A stretch of DNA of 64,000 nt, taken from Acetobacter sp. (GTDB lineage Bacteria > Pseudomonadota > Alphaproteobacteria > Acetobacterales > Acetobacteraceae). The notes under the pieces are model-generated. The model worked only from the letters and a program-made list of their open reading frames with translations. It was not told where the DNA came from and did not search any database. Positions 40,577 to 50,164 of this stretch are shown one piece after another. Location of the stretch: positions 9,897 through 73,896 of the forward strand of contig JAAYUA010000178.1 of the NCBI GenBank assembly GCA_012517935.1, read 5' to 3'. Position 1 is the first letter of the stretch; the number at the start of each line of letters is the position of its first letter. A program made the translations under genes and the position numbers.

Positions 40577-41113
40577 ATGACCAAAGCATCCTCTGGCGGC
40601 GCGGAATTGGGCGACAAGGGATATGCCCGTCAGCCGGTTTGTTTTCGTATGTCCCGTAAAGGGCGGATGTCACTCCATCTCCCCCGTCGCCCGATTTTTG
40701 GCAGGGCGGAGAAGGATTGGGGCTATGTCTCAGCTCTGGCTCTTTTTACTGATGCGGACCCATCTTCTCGTCCGCTTCTTTCGTGGGACATTATCCCGGA
40801 ATATGTTTCGGACGGTCAGTGTTTCATGCCTTCCGATGAATCGCTGATGTTGAAGATCAGTGTGTGCGGGCTGCAAGCGACTGATAATGTGGTTGGACGG
40901 ACAGCCGAAGGGGGTGACGTTGTTGTGGGACGTCCCTTGATGATTGAGGGTGGCAGCATTCGTCTGAAAACGGATGCTGTTGATCTTTCGGCAACAACGC
41001 TGAAATCGATGCTCACGACCTTGCTGCGAAGCCTCCCTGACGAGGATCCGGGAGATGGGGTTTCTCTGTGGAGTAATGCCGGGTTGTTGGCGCTTTCCAT
41101 CACGACAGCCTGA
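40577..41113 (+). CDS. Orphan hypothetical protein (178 aa from ATG 40577; 208 aa from TTG 40487)
   Basis: The only protein-like frame in the 860-nt lolD-pyrH gap. No signal peptide or TM segment. 'GYARQPVCF...DWGYVSALALFTDA' and C-terminal 'SLWSNAGLLALS' recall phage tail-fibre-like proteins; this is an unverified recollection. Confidence 0.5.
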   Translation: MTKASSGGAELGDKGYARQPVCFRMSRKGRMSLHLPRRPIFGRAEKDWGYVSALALFTDADPSSRPLLSWDIIPEYVSDGQCFMPSDESLMLKISVCGLQATDNVVGRTAEGGDVVVGRPLMIEGGSIRLKTDAVDLSATTLKSMLTTLLRSLPDEDPGDGVSLWSNAGLLALSITTA

Positions 41114-41291
41114 AAAAAGACGCATTGATGGGGCTCTGTGGGTCGGAAGAAAGGCAGTTTGCTTCGACCTTCGGATCCAGACGCTTGTGGCGAGCCTCTG
41201 TGGAGGATAAGAGGGACAGAGAATTCGCATTGTTGCAGAGGGTGCATCCTTGAGCCTGTACTGCAGCACAGGTTTAGGTATCCGGGGACCA

Positions 41292-42029
41292 ATGAGCGAC
41301 ACGACAGGCATGACAGCAGGCGGGCAGCGCGTACTTCTTAAAGTATCAGGCGAAGCCCTGATGGGAGAGGGGCAATACGGTGTTGATGCCCCGACCGTTG
41401 ATCGTATTGCAGCTGATGTGGCGGCTGTTTCCCGCTCTGGTGTTCAGGTCTGTCTTGTCGTCGGCGGAGGAAATATCTTTCGTGGTCTGACGGCGGCGGC
41501 ACGCGGAATGGATCGTGCTCAGGGTGATTATGCGGGCATGCTGGCGACAGTCATCAATGCTCTGATGGTGCAGAATGCGTTGGAACGTGAAGGAATTCCG
41601 ACCCGCGTGATGTCTGCGATCGATATGTCCTCCATCGCTGAGCCCTACATTCGGCGGCGCGCTGTGCGCCATATGGAAAAGGGTCGCGTGGTGATTTTTG
41701 CCGCAGGCACCGGCAACCCATTCTTTACGACGGATACGGCAGCGGCGCTGCGTGCGGCCGAGATGGACTGCACCTGTCTGTTCAAAGGCACGCAGGTTGA
41801 TGGTGTCTATTCCGCGGATCCCCGGAAAGACAAGGACGCCGTCCGTTATGAACGCCTGACCTATCTTGAGGTTCTGTCGCGCGATCTGAATGTGATGGAT
41901 GCCGCCGCAATCAGTCTTGCACGTGAGAATCGTTTGCCGATCGTGGTTTTCAACATCCATGAGGCTGGCGCTTTTGAGCGCGTGATGCGTGCCGAGGGTA
42001 AATTTACACGTATTGAAGAAGCTGGTTGA
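41292..42029 (+). CDS. pyrH: UMP kinase
   Basis: '[10 protein letters not shown]', '[10 protein letters not shown]', '[16 protein letters not shown]'. ATG 41292 preferred over 41250. Confidence 0.94.
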   Translation: MSDTTGMTAGGQRVLLKVSGEALMGEGQYGVDAPTVDRIAADVAAVSRSGVQVCLVVGGGNIFRGLTAAARGMDRAQGDYAGMLATVINALMVQNALEREGIPTRVMSAIDMSSIAEPYIRRRAVRHMEKGRVVIFAAGTGNPFFTTDTAAALRAAEMDCTCLFKGTQVDGVYSADPRKDKDAVRYERLTYLEVLSRDLNVMDAAAISLARENRLPIVVFNIHEAGAFERVMRAEGKFTRIEEAG

Positions 42030-42083
42030 AACAGGGGCTCATATTCTTGTTTCACATCTGTAAAGTATCTGGAGAAAGCCGCC

Positions 42084-42647
42084 GTGGCCGATATTAAAGC
42101 TCTGACTGACGATCTGACCCGCCGTATGGATGGGGCGCTCGAGAGTCTGCGTCGTGATTTTGCAGGCCTGCGCTCCGGTCGTGCCAGCCCGGCATTGTTG
42201 GAGCCGGTCCGAGTAGAAGCTTATGGAGGGGAAGTTCCTCTGTCGCAGGTCGGAACGGTTGCTGTTCCCGAAGCACGGATGTTGACGGTTCAGGTTTGGG
42301 ATCGTGCTCTTGCCAGCGCGGTGGAAAAGGCGATCCGTGAGGCTGGTCTGGGACTGAATCCTGCGTCTGAGGGGCAGATGATCCGCGTGCCCATTCCCCA
42401 GTTGACCGAAGAGCGTCGTAACGATTTGGCAAAAGCTGCGGCACGTTATTCCGAAAACGCGAAAATCGCCGTGCGTGGTGTTCGTCGTGACGGGATGGAT
42501 CAAACGAAGACTGCGGAGAAGAAGACCGAGATCAGTCAGGACGATGTGAAGGTTTGGTCTGAAGCCATTCAGAAGCTGACCGATCAATATGTGAAAAGAA
42601 TTGATGAAGCGCTTGCGGCAAAAGAGCGTGAAATCAGGCAGGTCTGA
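42084..42647 (+). CDS. frr: Ribosome recycling factor
   Basis: 187 aa; '[18 protein letters not shown]', 'IPQLTEERR'. Confidence 0.95.
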   Translation: MADIKALTDDLTRRMDGALESLRRDFAGLRSGRASPALLEPVRVEAYGGEVPLSQVGTVAVPEARMLTVQVWDRALASAVEKAIREAGLGLNPASEGQMIRVPIPQLTEERRNDLAKAAARYSENAKIAVRGVRRDGMDQTKTAEKKTEISQDDVKVWSEAIQKLTDQYVKRIDEALAAKEREIRQV

Positions 42648-42655
42648 CGCTTTAC

Positions 42656-43414
42656 GTGGCTCATCCTTCTGCCATGGCTCCGAAACCCTTACCTGAAGGT
42701 AAAGGTGGTTTCCCTGTACCTTCTCATGTTGCTATCATCATGGATGGTAATGGTCGTTGGGCTGCTATGCGGGGGTTGCCGCGTATTGCCGGACATCGGG
42801 CTGGGGCAGATGCCGTTTCGCGTTGCCTGCACGCGGCGCGGGATGCCGGGGTTGATTATCTGACGCTTTATGCATTTTCATCGGAAAACTGGCGTCGTGG
42901 ACCGGCTGAAGTCGCGGACCTGACAAGTCTGCTGAGATATTATCTTCGCTACAAGGTTGCTGAACTTCACCGCGAGAATGTCCGGATCTGCTTCATTGGT
43001 GAGACGGAGCGTTTCGGGCAGGATCTGGTTGAGGAACTGGAGCGGACAGAGCGTTTGACGGCTGGAAACACCGGCCTCACGCTTGTTCTGGCGCTGTCTT
43101 ATGGTGGACGTGCCGAGATTGCAGGTGCGGCGCGTCGTTTGGCGGAAGCTGTCAGAGACGGGAAAATCGAGCCGTCTGCCGTGACGGAAGATGTCTTTTC
43201 GCGCTATCTCCTGACAGCTGGCATGCCTGATCCTGATCTGATTGTCAGAACGAGTGGAGAGCATCGTCTTTCCAACTTTCTTCTCTGGCAGAGCGCTTAT
43301 TCAGAGTTTGTCTTTCTTGATGTGCTATGGCCCGATTTCGACGAATCGCATTTTTCCTCGATGTTGAAAATTTATGCATCGCGGGAGCGTCGTTTCGGTG
43401 GACGGCCAGGCTGA
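42656..43414 (+). CDS. uppS: Di-trans,poly-cis-undecaprenyl-diphosphate synthase
   Basis: 'HVAIIMDGNGRWA', 'FSSENWRRP', 'RTSGEHRLSNFLLWQSAYSE'. Confidence 0.95.
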   Translation: MAHPSAMAPKPLPEGKGGFPVPSHVAIIMDGNGRWAAMRGLPRIAGHRAGADAVSRCLHAARDAGVDYLTLYAFSSENWRRGPAEVADLTSLLRYYLRYKVAELHRENVRICFIGETERFGQDLVEELERTERLTAGNTGLTLVLALSYGGRAEIAGAARRLAEAVRDGKIEPSAVTEDVFSRYLLTAGMPDPDLIVRTSGEHRLSNFLLWQSAYSEFVFLDVLWPDFDESHFSSMLKIYASRERRFGGRPG

Positions 43415-43421
43415 TCTGCAC

Positions 43422-44306
43422 ATGACTGGATCTTCTGGGGCTGTGGTCTCTTCCGGGTGGGCTGATCTGAAGCCCCGTCTGATTTCCGCGCTTGTTCTCC
43501 TTGTTGTGGCGTCTCTGGCTATCGGTGCCGGAGGCTGGCTGTTCGGTGTTCTCATGTCAGTCGTGATGGCAGGAATGACATCGGAAGGAGCGGGGCTTGC
43601 CGGGGCATGGAAAGCCAGGGACTGGCGGGCATATGCAGGCGTTGCCTGGGCGTGCGCCGCAGGGATATGCGCAACAATCGGGCGTTGGGATGTCGTTTCC
43701 GCGCTGGCGTTCAGCAGTTTTCTGTTCGGTCCTGCGTTATGGATGACCAATGTCTGTGTTGTTCTTGCGGGTGCCAGTCTGATCTGGCTGCGGCTGGATA
43801 CAGGATGGGGTGTCTGGGCGGTTGTGTTTCTTATCGCTGTCGTGGTGTCGAGTGATAGTTGCGCATATGTGACGGGGCGCCTGATTGGTGGCCCGAAGCT
43901 GGCCCCTGCCATTTCTCCCGGCAAGACCCGCTCTGGCGCAGTTGGCGGTTTGGTGGGGGCTGTTCTGGCTGGGCTGTGTGTGGCGGCTTTGACCGGGACT
44001 TTGAAAAATTCCGTGCTCCCTGTGGTTGTTTGGAGTGCTGTCATCGGCATTGCTGCCCAGATTGGTGATCTGGTTGAAAGCGCTGTGAAGCGTCGATGCG
44101 GCGTCAAGGATTCAGGTCGTATCCTGCCGGGACATGGCGGATTGCTGGATCGTTTTGATGCCATGATGGCCGCTGCTCCTCTGGCAATGCTACTGGCGCT
44201 TGCTGCGGGTCATGATGTCGCGTTCTGGACTGTGACCGGCCATGATCTGTGGCTTTCTCTCCTACATTTTTGCGGCTTTTCTTCCACGTCATCCGGGTTG
44301 TCCTGA
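43422..44306 (+). CDS. cdsA: Phosphatidate cytidylyltransferase
   Basis: 'SAVKRRCGVKDSGRILPGHGGLLDRFD' CTP-transferase signature. ATG 43422 preferred; the track start 43374 overlaps uppS. Confidence 0.9.
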   Translation: MTGSSGAVVSSGWADLKPRLISALVLLVVASLAIGAGGWLFGVLMSVVMAGMTSEGAGLAGAWKARDWRAYAGVAWACAAGICATIGRWDVVSALAFSSFLFGPALWMTNVCVVLAGASLIWLRLDTGWGVWAVVFLIAVVVSSDSCAYVTGRLIGGPKLAPAISPGKTRSGAVGGLVGAVLAGLCVAALTGTLKNSVLPVVVWSAVIGIAAQIGDLVESAVKRRCGVKDSGRILPGHGGLLDRFDAMMAAAPLAMLLALAAGHDVAFWTVTGHDLWLSLLHFCGFSSTSSGLS

Positions 44307-44353
44307 TCGATGGTGGAAGAACCGGTTCTGATTGTATTTCTGGAGTTTCCGTG

Positions 44354-45511
44354 ATGAAAACCGTTACCGTTCTTGGCAGCACAGGCAGTATCGGCTGTTC
44401 CACGGTTGATCTTCTGCGTCAGTCCGGGCCGGAGGTTTCGGTTCGCTGTCTTGTCGGTGGACGTAATGTTGCCGTTCTGGCTGAGCAGGCGCGGGAAGTT
44501 GGTGCTGAACGTGCTGTGATCGCGGACGAAACGCTGCTGGGCGAACTGCGGGAGCGTCTTTCCGGCACTAACATCGAAGTGGCCGCCGGTCGTGCGGCGG
44601 TGATTGAGGCGGCAGCGGTTCCTGCTGACTGGACGATGGCTGCGATTACAGGAGCGGCCGGTCTGGAGCCCACGCTGGCGTCCATCCGCAATGGCAAATC
44701 TGTAGCTCTGGCAAATAAGGAAGCTCTTGTTTGCGCCGGTGATGTCATGCTGCGCGCGGTTAAGGAGGCAGGTGCGACCCTGTTGCCTGTTGATTCCGAG
44801 CATAATGCGATTTTTCAGGCAATGGCCGACCGTCAGGTGGATCAGGTTGAAAAAATCATCCTGACGGCATCAGGCGGTCCGTTCCGTAAGGCTACTCTGG
44901 AAGAAATGGAGGCCGCACCGCCTTCCGTGGCGTTGAAGCACCCGACCTGGACGATGGGTGCCAAGATCACCATCGATTCAGCGACGATGTTCAATAAGGG
45001 TCTGGAGGTGATCGAGGCGGCTCGGATTTTCGATCTGACGGAAGACCGGATTGATGTTCTGGTGCATCCGCAATCGGCTGTGCATGGTTTCGTGCAATAT
45101 ACGGATGGAAGTTTGATCGCCCAGATTGGTTCGGCGGATATGCGGATTCCGATTGCCCATTGTCTTGCATGGCCGCGTCGGATGAGCACGACGTCTCCTC
45201 GTCTTGATCTGGCTGCGATGGCGACCCTGACTTTTGAGGCTCCCGATGAAGTGCGGTTTCCGGCATTACGTCTTGCGCGGGAGGCCTTGCGTAACGGCGG
45301 TGCTGCTTCGGCCATTCTTTCCGCCGCAAACGAAATCGCGGTTGAGGCGTTTCTGGGAAGCAGGATCGGTTTTCTGGATATTGCCCGTGTGGTTGAGCAG
45401 GTCATGCGTGATATCGGCCATCAAACAGCGGATTCACTTGAAGAAGTGCTTCACTGGGATGCGGAAGCGCGGCGTAAGGCTTCATTTCTCGTGGCGGCGA
45501 AAGCAGCCTGA
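44354..45511 (+). CDS. dxr: 1-deoxy-D-xylulose-5-phosphate reductoisomerase
   Basis: 'MKTVTVLGSTGSIGCST', 'LANKEALV', 'PVDSEHNAIFQ', 'HPTWTMGAKITIDSATMFNKGLE'. Start at ATG 44354 (a GTG at 44351 is also possible). Confidence 0.94.
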   Translation: MKTVTVLGSTGSIGCSTVDLLRQSGPEVSVRCLVGGRNVAVLAEQAREVGAERAVIADETLLGELRERLSGTNIEVAAGRAAVIEAAAVPADWTMAAITGAAGLEPTLASIRNGKSVALANKEALVCAGDVMLRAVKEAGATLLPVDSEHNAIFQAMADRQVDQVEKIILTASGGPFRKATLEEMEAAPPSVALKHPTWTMGAKITIDSATMFNKGLEVIEAARIFDLTEDRIDVLVHPQSAVHGFVQYTDGSLIAQIGSADMRIPIAHCLAWPRRMSTTSPRLDLAAMATLTFEAPDEVRFPALRLAREALRNGGAASAILSAANEIAVEAFLGSRIGFLDIARVVEQVMRDIGHQTADSLEEVLHWDAEARRKASFLVAAKAA

Positions 45512-45553
45512 TGATTTTTTCCTGTTCCGTAGGCCGGATAAAGGTTTTCTTTC

Positions 45554-46651
45554 ATGCATGAACTGATCCGGACAGTCCTGACATTCATCGTCGTTTTAGG
45601 CGTGCTCGTGTTCATTCATGAGCTGGGCCATTATCTGGCGGCGCGTTGGCGTGGTGTGCATGTCGAAACATTTTCGATCGGTTTTGGTCCTCCGCTAGCG
45701 CGCTGGCGTGACCGGACGGGAACGGAATGGCGGATCGGGCCGATTCCTTTGGGGGGCTTCGTAAAACCGCATGGTTTTGAGGGGCCGGAAGAGGCAACGG
45801 ACGAGCAGAAGGCGGCCTGGCAGCCAGGCCGGACATTCCACGACAAGCCTGTGCTGTCACGAGCAATCGTTATTCTCGCCGGGCCCGTGTTCAATTTTCT
45901 TCTGGCCTTTGTTCTGTTCTCGGCCCTGTTCGCGCTGACGGGACGCCCGAGTATTCATAACGAGATTGCTCAGGTTGAGACCGGAAGTGCGGCAGCGGCT
46001 GCGGGGATGGAAAAGGGAGATGTCATCCTGCGGATCGGAGATCATGAGGTGCATGATGTTGCCGATCTTCAGGCGACGATTGCCTCGATGCCCGGCAGCG
46101 CGACGATCCTGAAGGTGCGTCGTGATGGTCAGGAAGTCTCTCTTCCGGTCACAATTGGTGACAGCGGAGGAAACAAACCTCACGGACTTCTGGGTGTCAT
46201 GTTCGCCACGGAGATTTCTCCGCCGTTGCCGCTGCCATCAGCAATCGTGGCAGGTGCGAAGGAGACCTGGTCTGTCTCAGTTCAGACTCTTGATGGGCTT
46301 TGGCAGATTCTGACGGGGCGTCATACGGCCCGGGACCTGGGTGGACCGCTCAAGATTGCCCAGCTTTCAGGGCAGGTGGCGCAATATGGCATCGCCAGCG
46401 TGTTGTCTTTCATGGGAATTCTTTCGGTCAATCTTGGATTGATCAATCTGTTCCCGATTCCGGTTCTGGATGGAGGACGGCTTGTTTTCTATATCCTGGA
46501 GGCGATTCGTGGCCGTCCTGTCGGTCGTCGTGTGCAGGAGATCAGTTTTCAGGTTGGTTTTGCCTTGATCGCGACACTATTCTTATTCTCTACATTTAAT
46601 GATCTTTCTGGTTTCGGAGTGTTTCGATGGCTCGCATCGCTCGCGGGGTGA
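45554..46651 (+). CDS. rseP: RIP (site-2) zinc metalloprotease RseP
   Basis: 'HELGHYLAAR' HExxH, PDZ domain, C-terminal 'NLFPIPVLDGG'. Confidence 0.93.
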   Translation: MHELIRTVLTFIVVLGVLVFIHELGHYLAARWRGVHVETFSIGFGPPLARWRDRTGTEWRIGPIPLGGFVKPHGFEGPEEATDEQKAAWQPGRTFHDKPVLSRAIVILAGPVFNFLLAFVLFSALFALTGRPSIHNEIAQVETGSAAAAAGMEKGDVILRIGDHEVHDVADLQATIASMPGSATILKVRRDGQEVSLPVTIGDSGGNKPHGLLGVMFATEISPPLPLPSAIVAGAKETWSVSVQTLDGLWQILTGRHTARDLGGPLKIAQLSGQVAQYGIASVLSFMGILSVNLGLINLFPIPVLDGGRLVFYILEAIRGRPVGRRVQEISFQVGFALIATLFLFSTFNDLSGFGVFRWLASLAG

Positions 46652-46800
46652 TGATAGAAAGATGAGTTGTGAGAGGCTCCTGCTTGCGTGTCTGCCGGTA
46701 ATTCGGATAGGTCCGCTTTGGAGATAAGCCGGACCTGGCGCGCTGCTGGTCCGCAGGTCTGGGTACGCGGCGCGATACCCGTTCGGAGAGGTGGCAGGTC

Positions 46801-49275
46801 TTGGCTATTGAACGCTGCGGAGCATTCAGACGCTTGACGAAGAAACGTTCTGTTCTGTTTGCTTCTGTTTGTATTTTTGCTCCGTCTTTGGTCGGAACAG
46901 CTTCTGCCCAGTCGGTATCCGAACGGCCTGTGAAGGTGACGAAGGCGTCGCTTCATACTTCCGGGCATATCGCGACAGGCGGTGTTATTGGCGCGATCAG
47001 TGTCAGTGGCAACGACAGAATCGAGACGAGTACAATCCTGTCGTACATGGTTGCCCGGACAGGCGACAATTTTAACCAGGATCTTCTGGATCGCTCCTTG
47101 CGCACACTTTATGCCACGGGTCTTTTCAGTGATGTGAAGCTGTCGCGGTCTGGCGATATTCTCCGTGTCCATGTGACGGAGAATCCGGTTGTGAACCGGA
47201 TTGTGTTTGAAGGTAACCACGCGATTAAGGATGAAGATCTCCGCAAGGTGATCTCCCTGCGTTCACGTGCTGTTTTCTCGGCACAGCAGACGGTCTCGGA
47301 TCGACAGAAAATTCTGGAGCTTTACGGTCAGAAGGCGCGGTATGGCGCAACAGTTACGCCGGAAACGGTGAAGCTGGCCCATAATCGGGTTGATGTCGTG
47401 TTTCGTATTGTCGAAGGGCCACAGACGCTGGTGCGCAAAGTTTCTTTCGTGGGGAACGCGCATTACAGTCAGGAAAAGCTGGATGGCGTCATCTCGACAA
47501 AGGAACAGGCGTGGTACCGCTTCTTCTCGTCAGCCGATGAATATAATCCGGAGCGTCTGAGATATGATGCGGAGTTGCTGCGCCGTTTCTATCTTGCGAA
47601 TGGTTTCGTTGATTTTCGTGTGGTGAACGCTGCTGGTGAGCTATCGCCGGATCGCAAGTCATTTTATATCACCTTCACGATCGACGAGGGGCCTCGCTAT
47701 CGTCTTGGGAAGATAGATATACGTTCATCGCTCCGCCATGTGCCTGCAGTTTCGATGCGTAAATATATCGAGCTGTTTACGCACCAGTGGTATGATGGAA
47801 CAGCCGTTCAACGTAACGTCACCCATATGGAAGAGGCCCTGCAGGCTCACGGTACGCCCTTTGCCGTCGTTCGACCTGAGGTGGCCCGCAATCCGGAAAA
47901 GAAGATTGTGAACCTGCTGTTCGATGTTTCCGAGGGACCTCGGATGTATGTCGAACGTATCAACATCAACGGAAACACGATCACACAGGATCATGTGATC
48001 CGGCGGCAGTTGCCGATGGCTGAAGGTGACCCGTTCACTCACACCTATAAGAAATACACCAAGGAGATCTTGCAGGATCTGGGGTATTTCAAAAGCGTTG
48101 ACGTTGATCAGAGTCAGGGGTCGGCGCCAGACAAGACGAATGTGGGCATTAATCTTGTTGAAAAGCCCACAGGTGAGTTTTCACTTGGCGGTGGTTATTC
48201 AACAGACGTTGGCGTGCTGGGCAATGCCAGTCTGAAACAGCATAACCTGCTCGGCAGTGGTGTTGATGCCGGTGTTTCGGGAACGGTTGGATATTACCAG
48301 AAGCAGGCGACGCTTTCGGTTTCCGATCCGTATTTTCTGAATCGCAATCTGGTCGCTGGAGTTGATCTTTTCTATATCAACAACAACTACCAGACCTATC
48401 AGAACTACTCCGAAAGCCGCTACGGCATGACGCTTCGGATGGGTTATGCCTATACGCAGCATCTTTCCCAATCGTGGAATTACTCACTGATCCGCCGAAA
48501 GGTTGGCAACAGCTGGGATGATGCGTCCTGGTATGTTCTGGATCAGAGTGGCCACTCGCTGCTGTCACAGATTGGCACGACGATTGCCTACGATACGCGT
48601 GATCGTCGTATGCAGCCTCATAGCGGATATCTGGTTCAGCTGGGTGGTGATTTCGCCGGACTTGGAGGCAATGAAAAATATCTGCGCGGCAAGGTCGACG
48701 CAGCATATTATCTGCCGCTGGATGATCTGATGGGGAACCATGACTGGACCGTCGTTTTCAAGGGCGGTGCGGGTTATATCGGCAACTGGTCCGGAAGTGG
48801 TCGTCGTGACATCATCGATAACTTCTATCTTGGTGGCCAGAATCTGAGAGGCTTCCTTGACGGTGGTGCCGGTCCGCGAAACGTGGCCCAGCTTGAGCAG
48901 TTTGGTTATCCTTCCGATTATGTCCGTCATGGTCAGGAAGACATGCTTGGCGGGCGCTTCATTTATACGGGATCGATGACTGTGAATTTCCCGATGCCGT
49001 TTGCGGCTGACATGGGGATTGGCGGTCGTTATTTCGTGGATGCCGGTGGTCTTGACGGTGTTCGTGTGAAAAATCTCTATACGAACCATGCGCAGGACGG
49101 GAATTATTACACGCCGATATCGGGAGATGGCTTGAAGCCGCGTGTCAGTACGGGTGTGGGCTTTTCGTGGAAAAGTCCTTTCGGTCTGATCAATATCGAT
49201 ATGGCGATTCCGGTCATGCGTCGTCGTAATGACCGCACACAGCTTTTCCGTTTTGGTTTCGGTCAGCAATTCTGA
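46801..49275 (+). CDS. bamA: Outer-membrane protein assembly factor BamA
   Basis: 824 aa. Signal peptide ending 'GTASAQ', POTRA repeats, C-terminal beta-barrel ending 'FRFGFGQQF'. TTG start is tentative. Confidence 0.93.
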   Translation: MAIERCGAFRRLTKKRSVLFASVCIFAPSLVGTASAQSVSERPVKVTKASLHTSGHIATGGVIGAISVSGNDRIETSTILSYMVARTGDNFNQDLLDRSLRTLYATGLFSDVKLSRSGDILRVHVTENPVVNRIVFEGNHAIKDEDLRKVISLRSRAVFSAQQTVSDRQKILELYGQKARYGATVTPETVKLAHNRVDVVFRIVEGPQTLVRKVSFVGNAHYSQEKLDGVISTKEQAWYRFFSSADEYNPERLRYDAELLRRFYLANGFVDFRVVNAAGELSPDRKSFYITFTIDEGPRYRLGKIDIRSSLRHVPAVSMRKYIELFTHQWYDGTAVQRNVTHMEEALQAHGTPFAVVRPEVARNPEKKIVNLLFDVSEGPRMYVERININGNTITQDHVIRRQLPMAEGDPFTHTYKKYTKEILQDLGYFKSVDVDQSQGSAPDKTNVGINLVEKPTGEFSLGGGYSTDVGVLGNASLKQHNLLGSGVDAGVSGTVGYYQKQATLSVSDPYFLNRNLVAGVDLFYINNNYQTYQNYSESRYGMTLRMGYAYTQHLSQSWNYSLIRRKVGNSWDDASWYVLDQSGHSLLSQIGTTIAYDTRDRRMQPHSGYLVQLGGDFAGLGGNEKYLRGKVDAAYYLPLDDLMGNHDWTVVFKGGAGYIGNWSGSGRRDIIDNFYLGGQNLRGFLDGGAGPRNVAQLEQFGYPSDYVRHGQEDMLGGRFIYTGSMTVNFPMPFAADMGIGGRYFVDAGGLDGVRVKNLYTNHAQDGNYYTPISGDGLKPRVSTGVGFSWKSPFGLINIDMAIPVMRRRNDRTQLFRFGFGQQF

Positions 49276-49282
49276 GGTGTTA

Positions 49283-50164
49283 ATGATTCGCTTCTCTGGT
49301 GTGGCAGGTCTGGCCGCGTCCGCTCTTCTTGTCTGCTCGTCTGTTCTGCCAACTGGCGCTCATGCGGAAGCTCCCTCACAGGATAATAAGGGCTGGTTTG
49401 TTCCAAAAACCGCCCAGCCGGCCAATCCAGCGCCGCATCCCGCGCATCGTCAGGCACCTGCGACGGCCCAGCCAATGGAAGATGCGGATGCTGATGATGG
49501 ACAGCCGCGCCAGCCACCGGTTCTGCCGCGTCCCGATATTCCGACGCCTCCTGAATTGGCCAAGGCAGCTCCGCCGCCTACGGCTGTTGTTGGTATCATC
49601 AGTGTTTCCGAAGTGATGCGTCAGTCTCTTGCAGCTCAGCAGGTTGAAAGAGAACTGGGTGGACGTCGCGATGCATTGGCACGGGAAGTGCAAAAGCAGC
49701 AGGCTGGCTGGCGTGATGAGCAGCAGGCATTGCAGGCTGCTGTGAAGAACATGTCGTCAGATCAGGTGCAGCATCGTGAGCGTGATCTTCAGACACGTGT
49801 GATGAAGGCCCAGCATAAATTCCGCGACCAGAACCGGATCATTCAGGAAGCAGCTCAGGTTGCTCTCGGACAGATCGAGCGTGAACTGGTTCAGGTTATC
49901 CAGCGTGTTGCCGGTGCGCACGGTATGAATCTTGTGCTACATTCGGAGCAGGTTGCTCTGCATGTTGATGGTCAGGACATCACGGATGAAGTTGTCACAC
50001 AGCTGAATCTTGTGCTTCCCACTGTTTATGTGCCGGCGGCGAACGAGGATCCTGAAGTTCTGGCGAAATCCGGCAAAATGCCGACGACAGAATCTCCTGA
50101 GCAGTCTCCTGCAGGAAAAACTGCTGAGGTTGCTGCACCCCCATCAGTTGTGCGTGCGCATTGA
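49283..50164 (+). CDS. skp: OmpH/Skp-family periplasmic chaperone with Pro-rich insertions
   Basis: Signal peptide 'MIRFSGVAGLAASALLVCSSVLPTGAHA', Q/R/E-rich coiled-coil core. Position between bamA and lpxD. Confidence 0.8.
   Translation: MIRFSGVAGLAASALLVCSSVLPTGAHAEAPSQDNKGWFVPKTAQPANPAPHPAHRQAPATAQPMEDADADDGQPRQPPVLPRPDIPTPPELAKAAPPPTAVVGIISVSEVMRQSLAAQQVERELGGRRDALAREVQKQQAGWRDEQQALQAAVKNMSSDQVQHRERDLQTRVMKAQHKFRDQNRIIQEAAQVALGQIERELVQVIQRVAGAHGMNLVLHSEQVALHVDGQDITDEVVTQLNLVLPTVYVPAANEDPEVLAKSGKMPTTESPEQSPAGKTAEVAAPPSVVRAH

Noticed and set aside
40730-41311. Minus-strand ORFs of 193 aa and 158 aa (40816..41292) overlapping the orphan plus-strand ORF and the pyrH start.
   Set aside because: The translations are highly basic, Arg/Pro/Ser-rich and low-complexity, and one runs into the pyrH coding start. 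The plus-strand frame looks more protein-like. The region is still flagged as uncertain in the findings.
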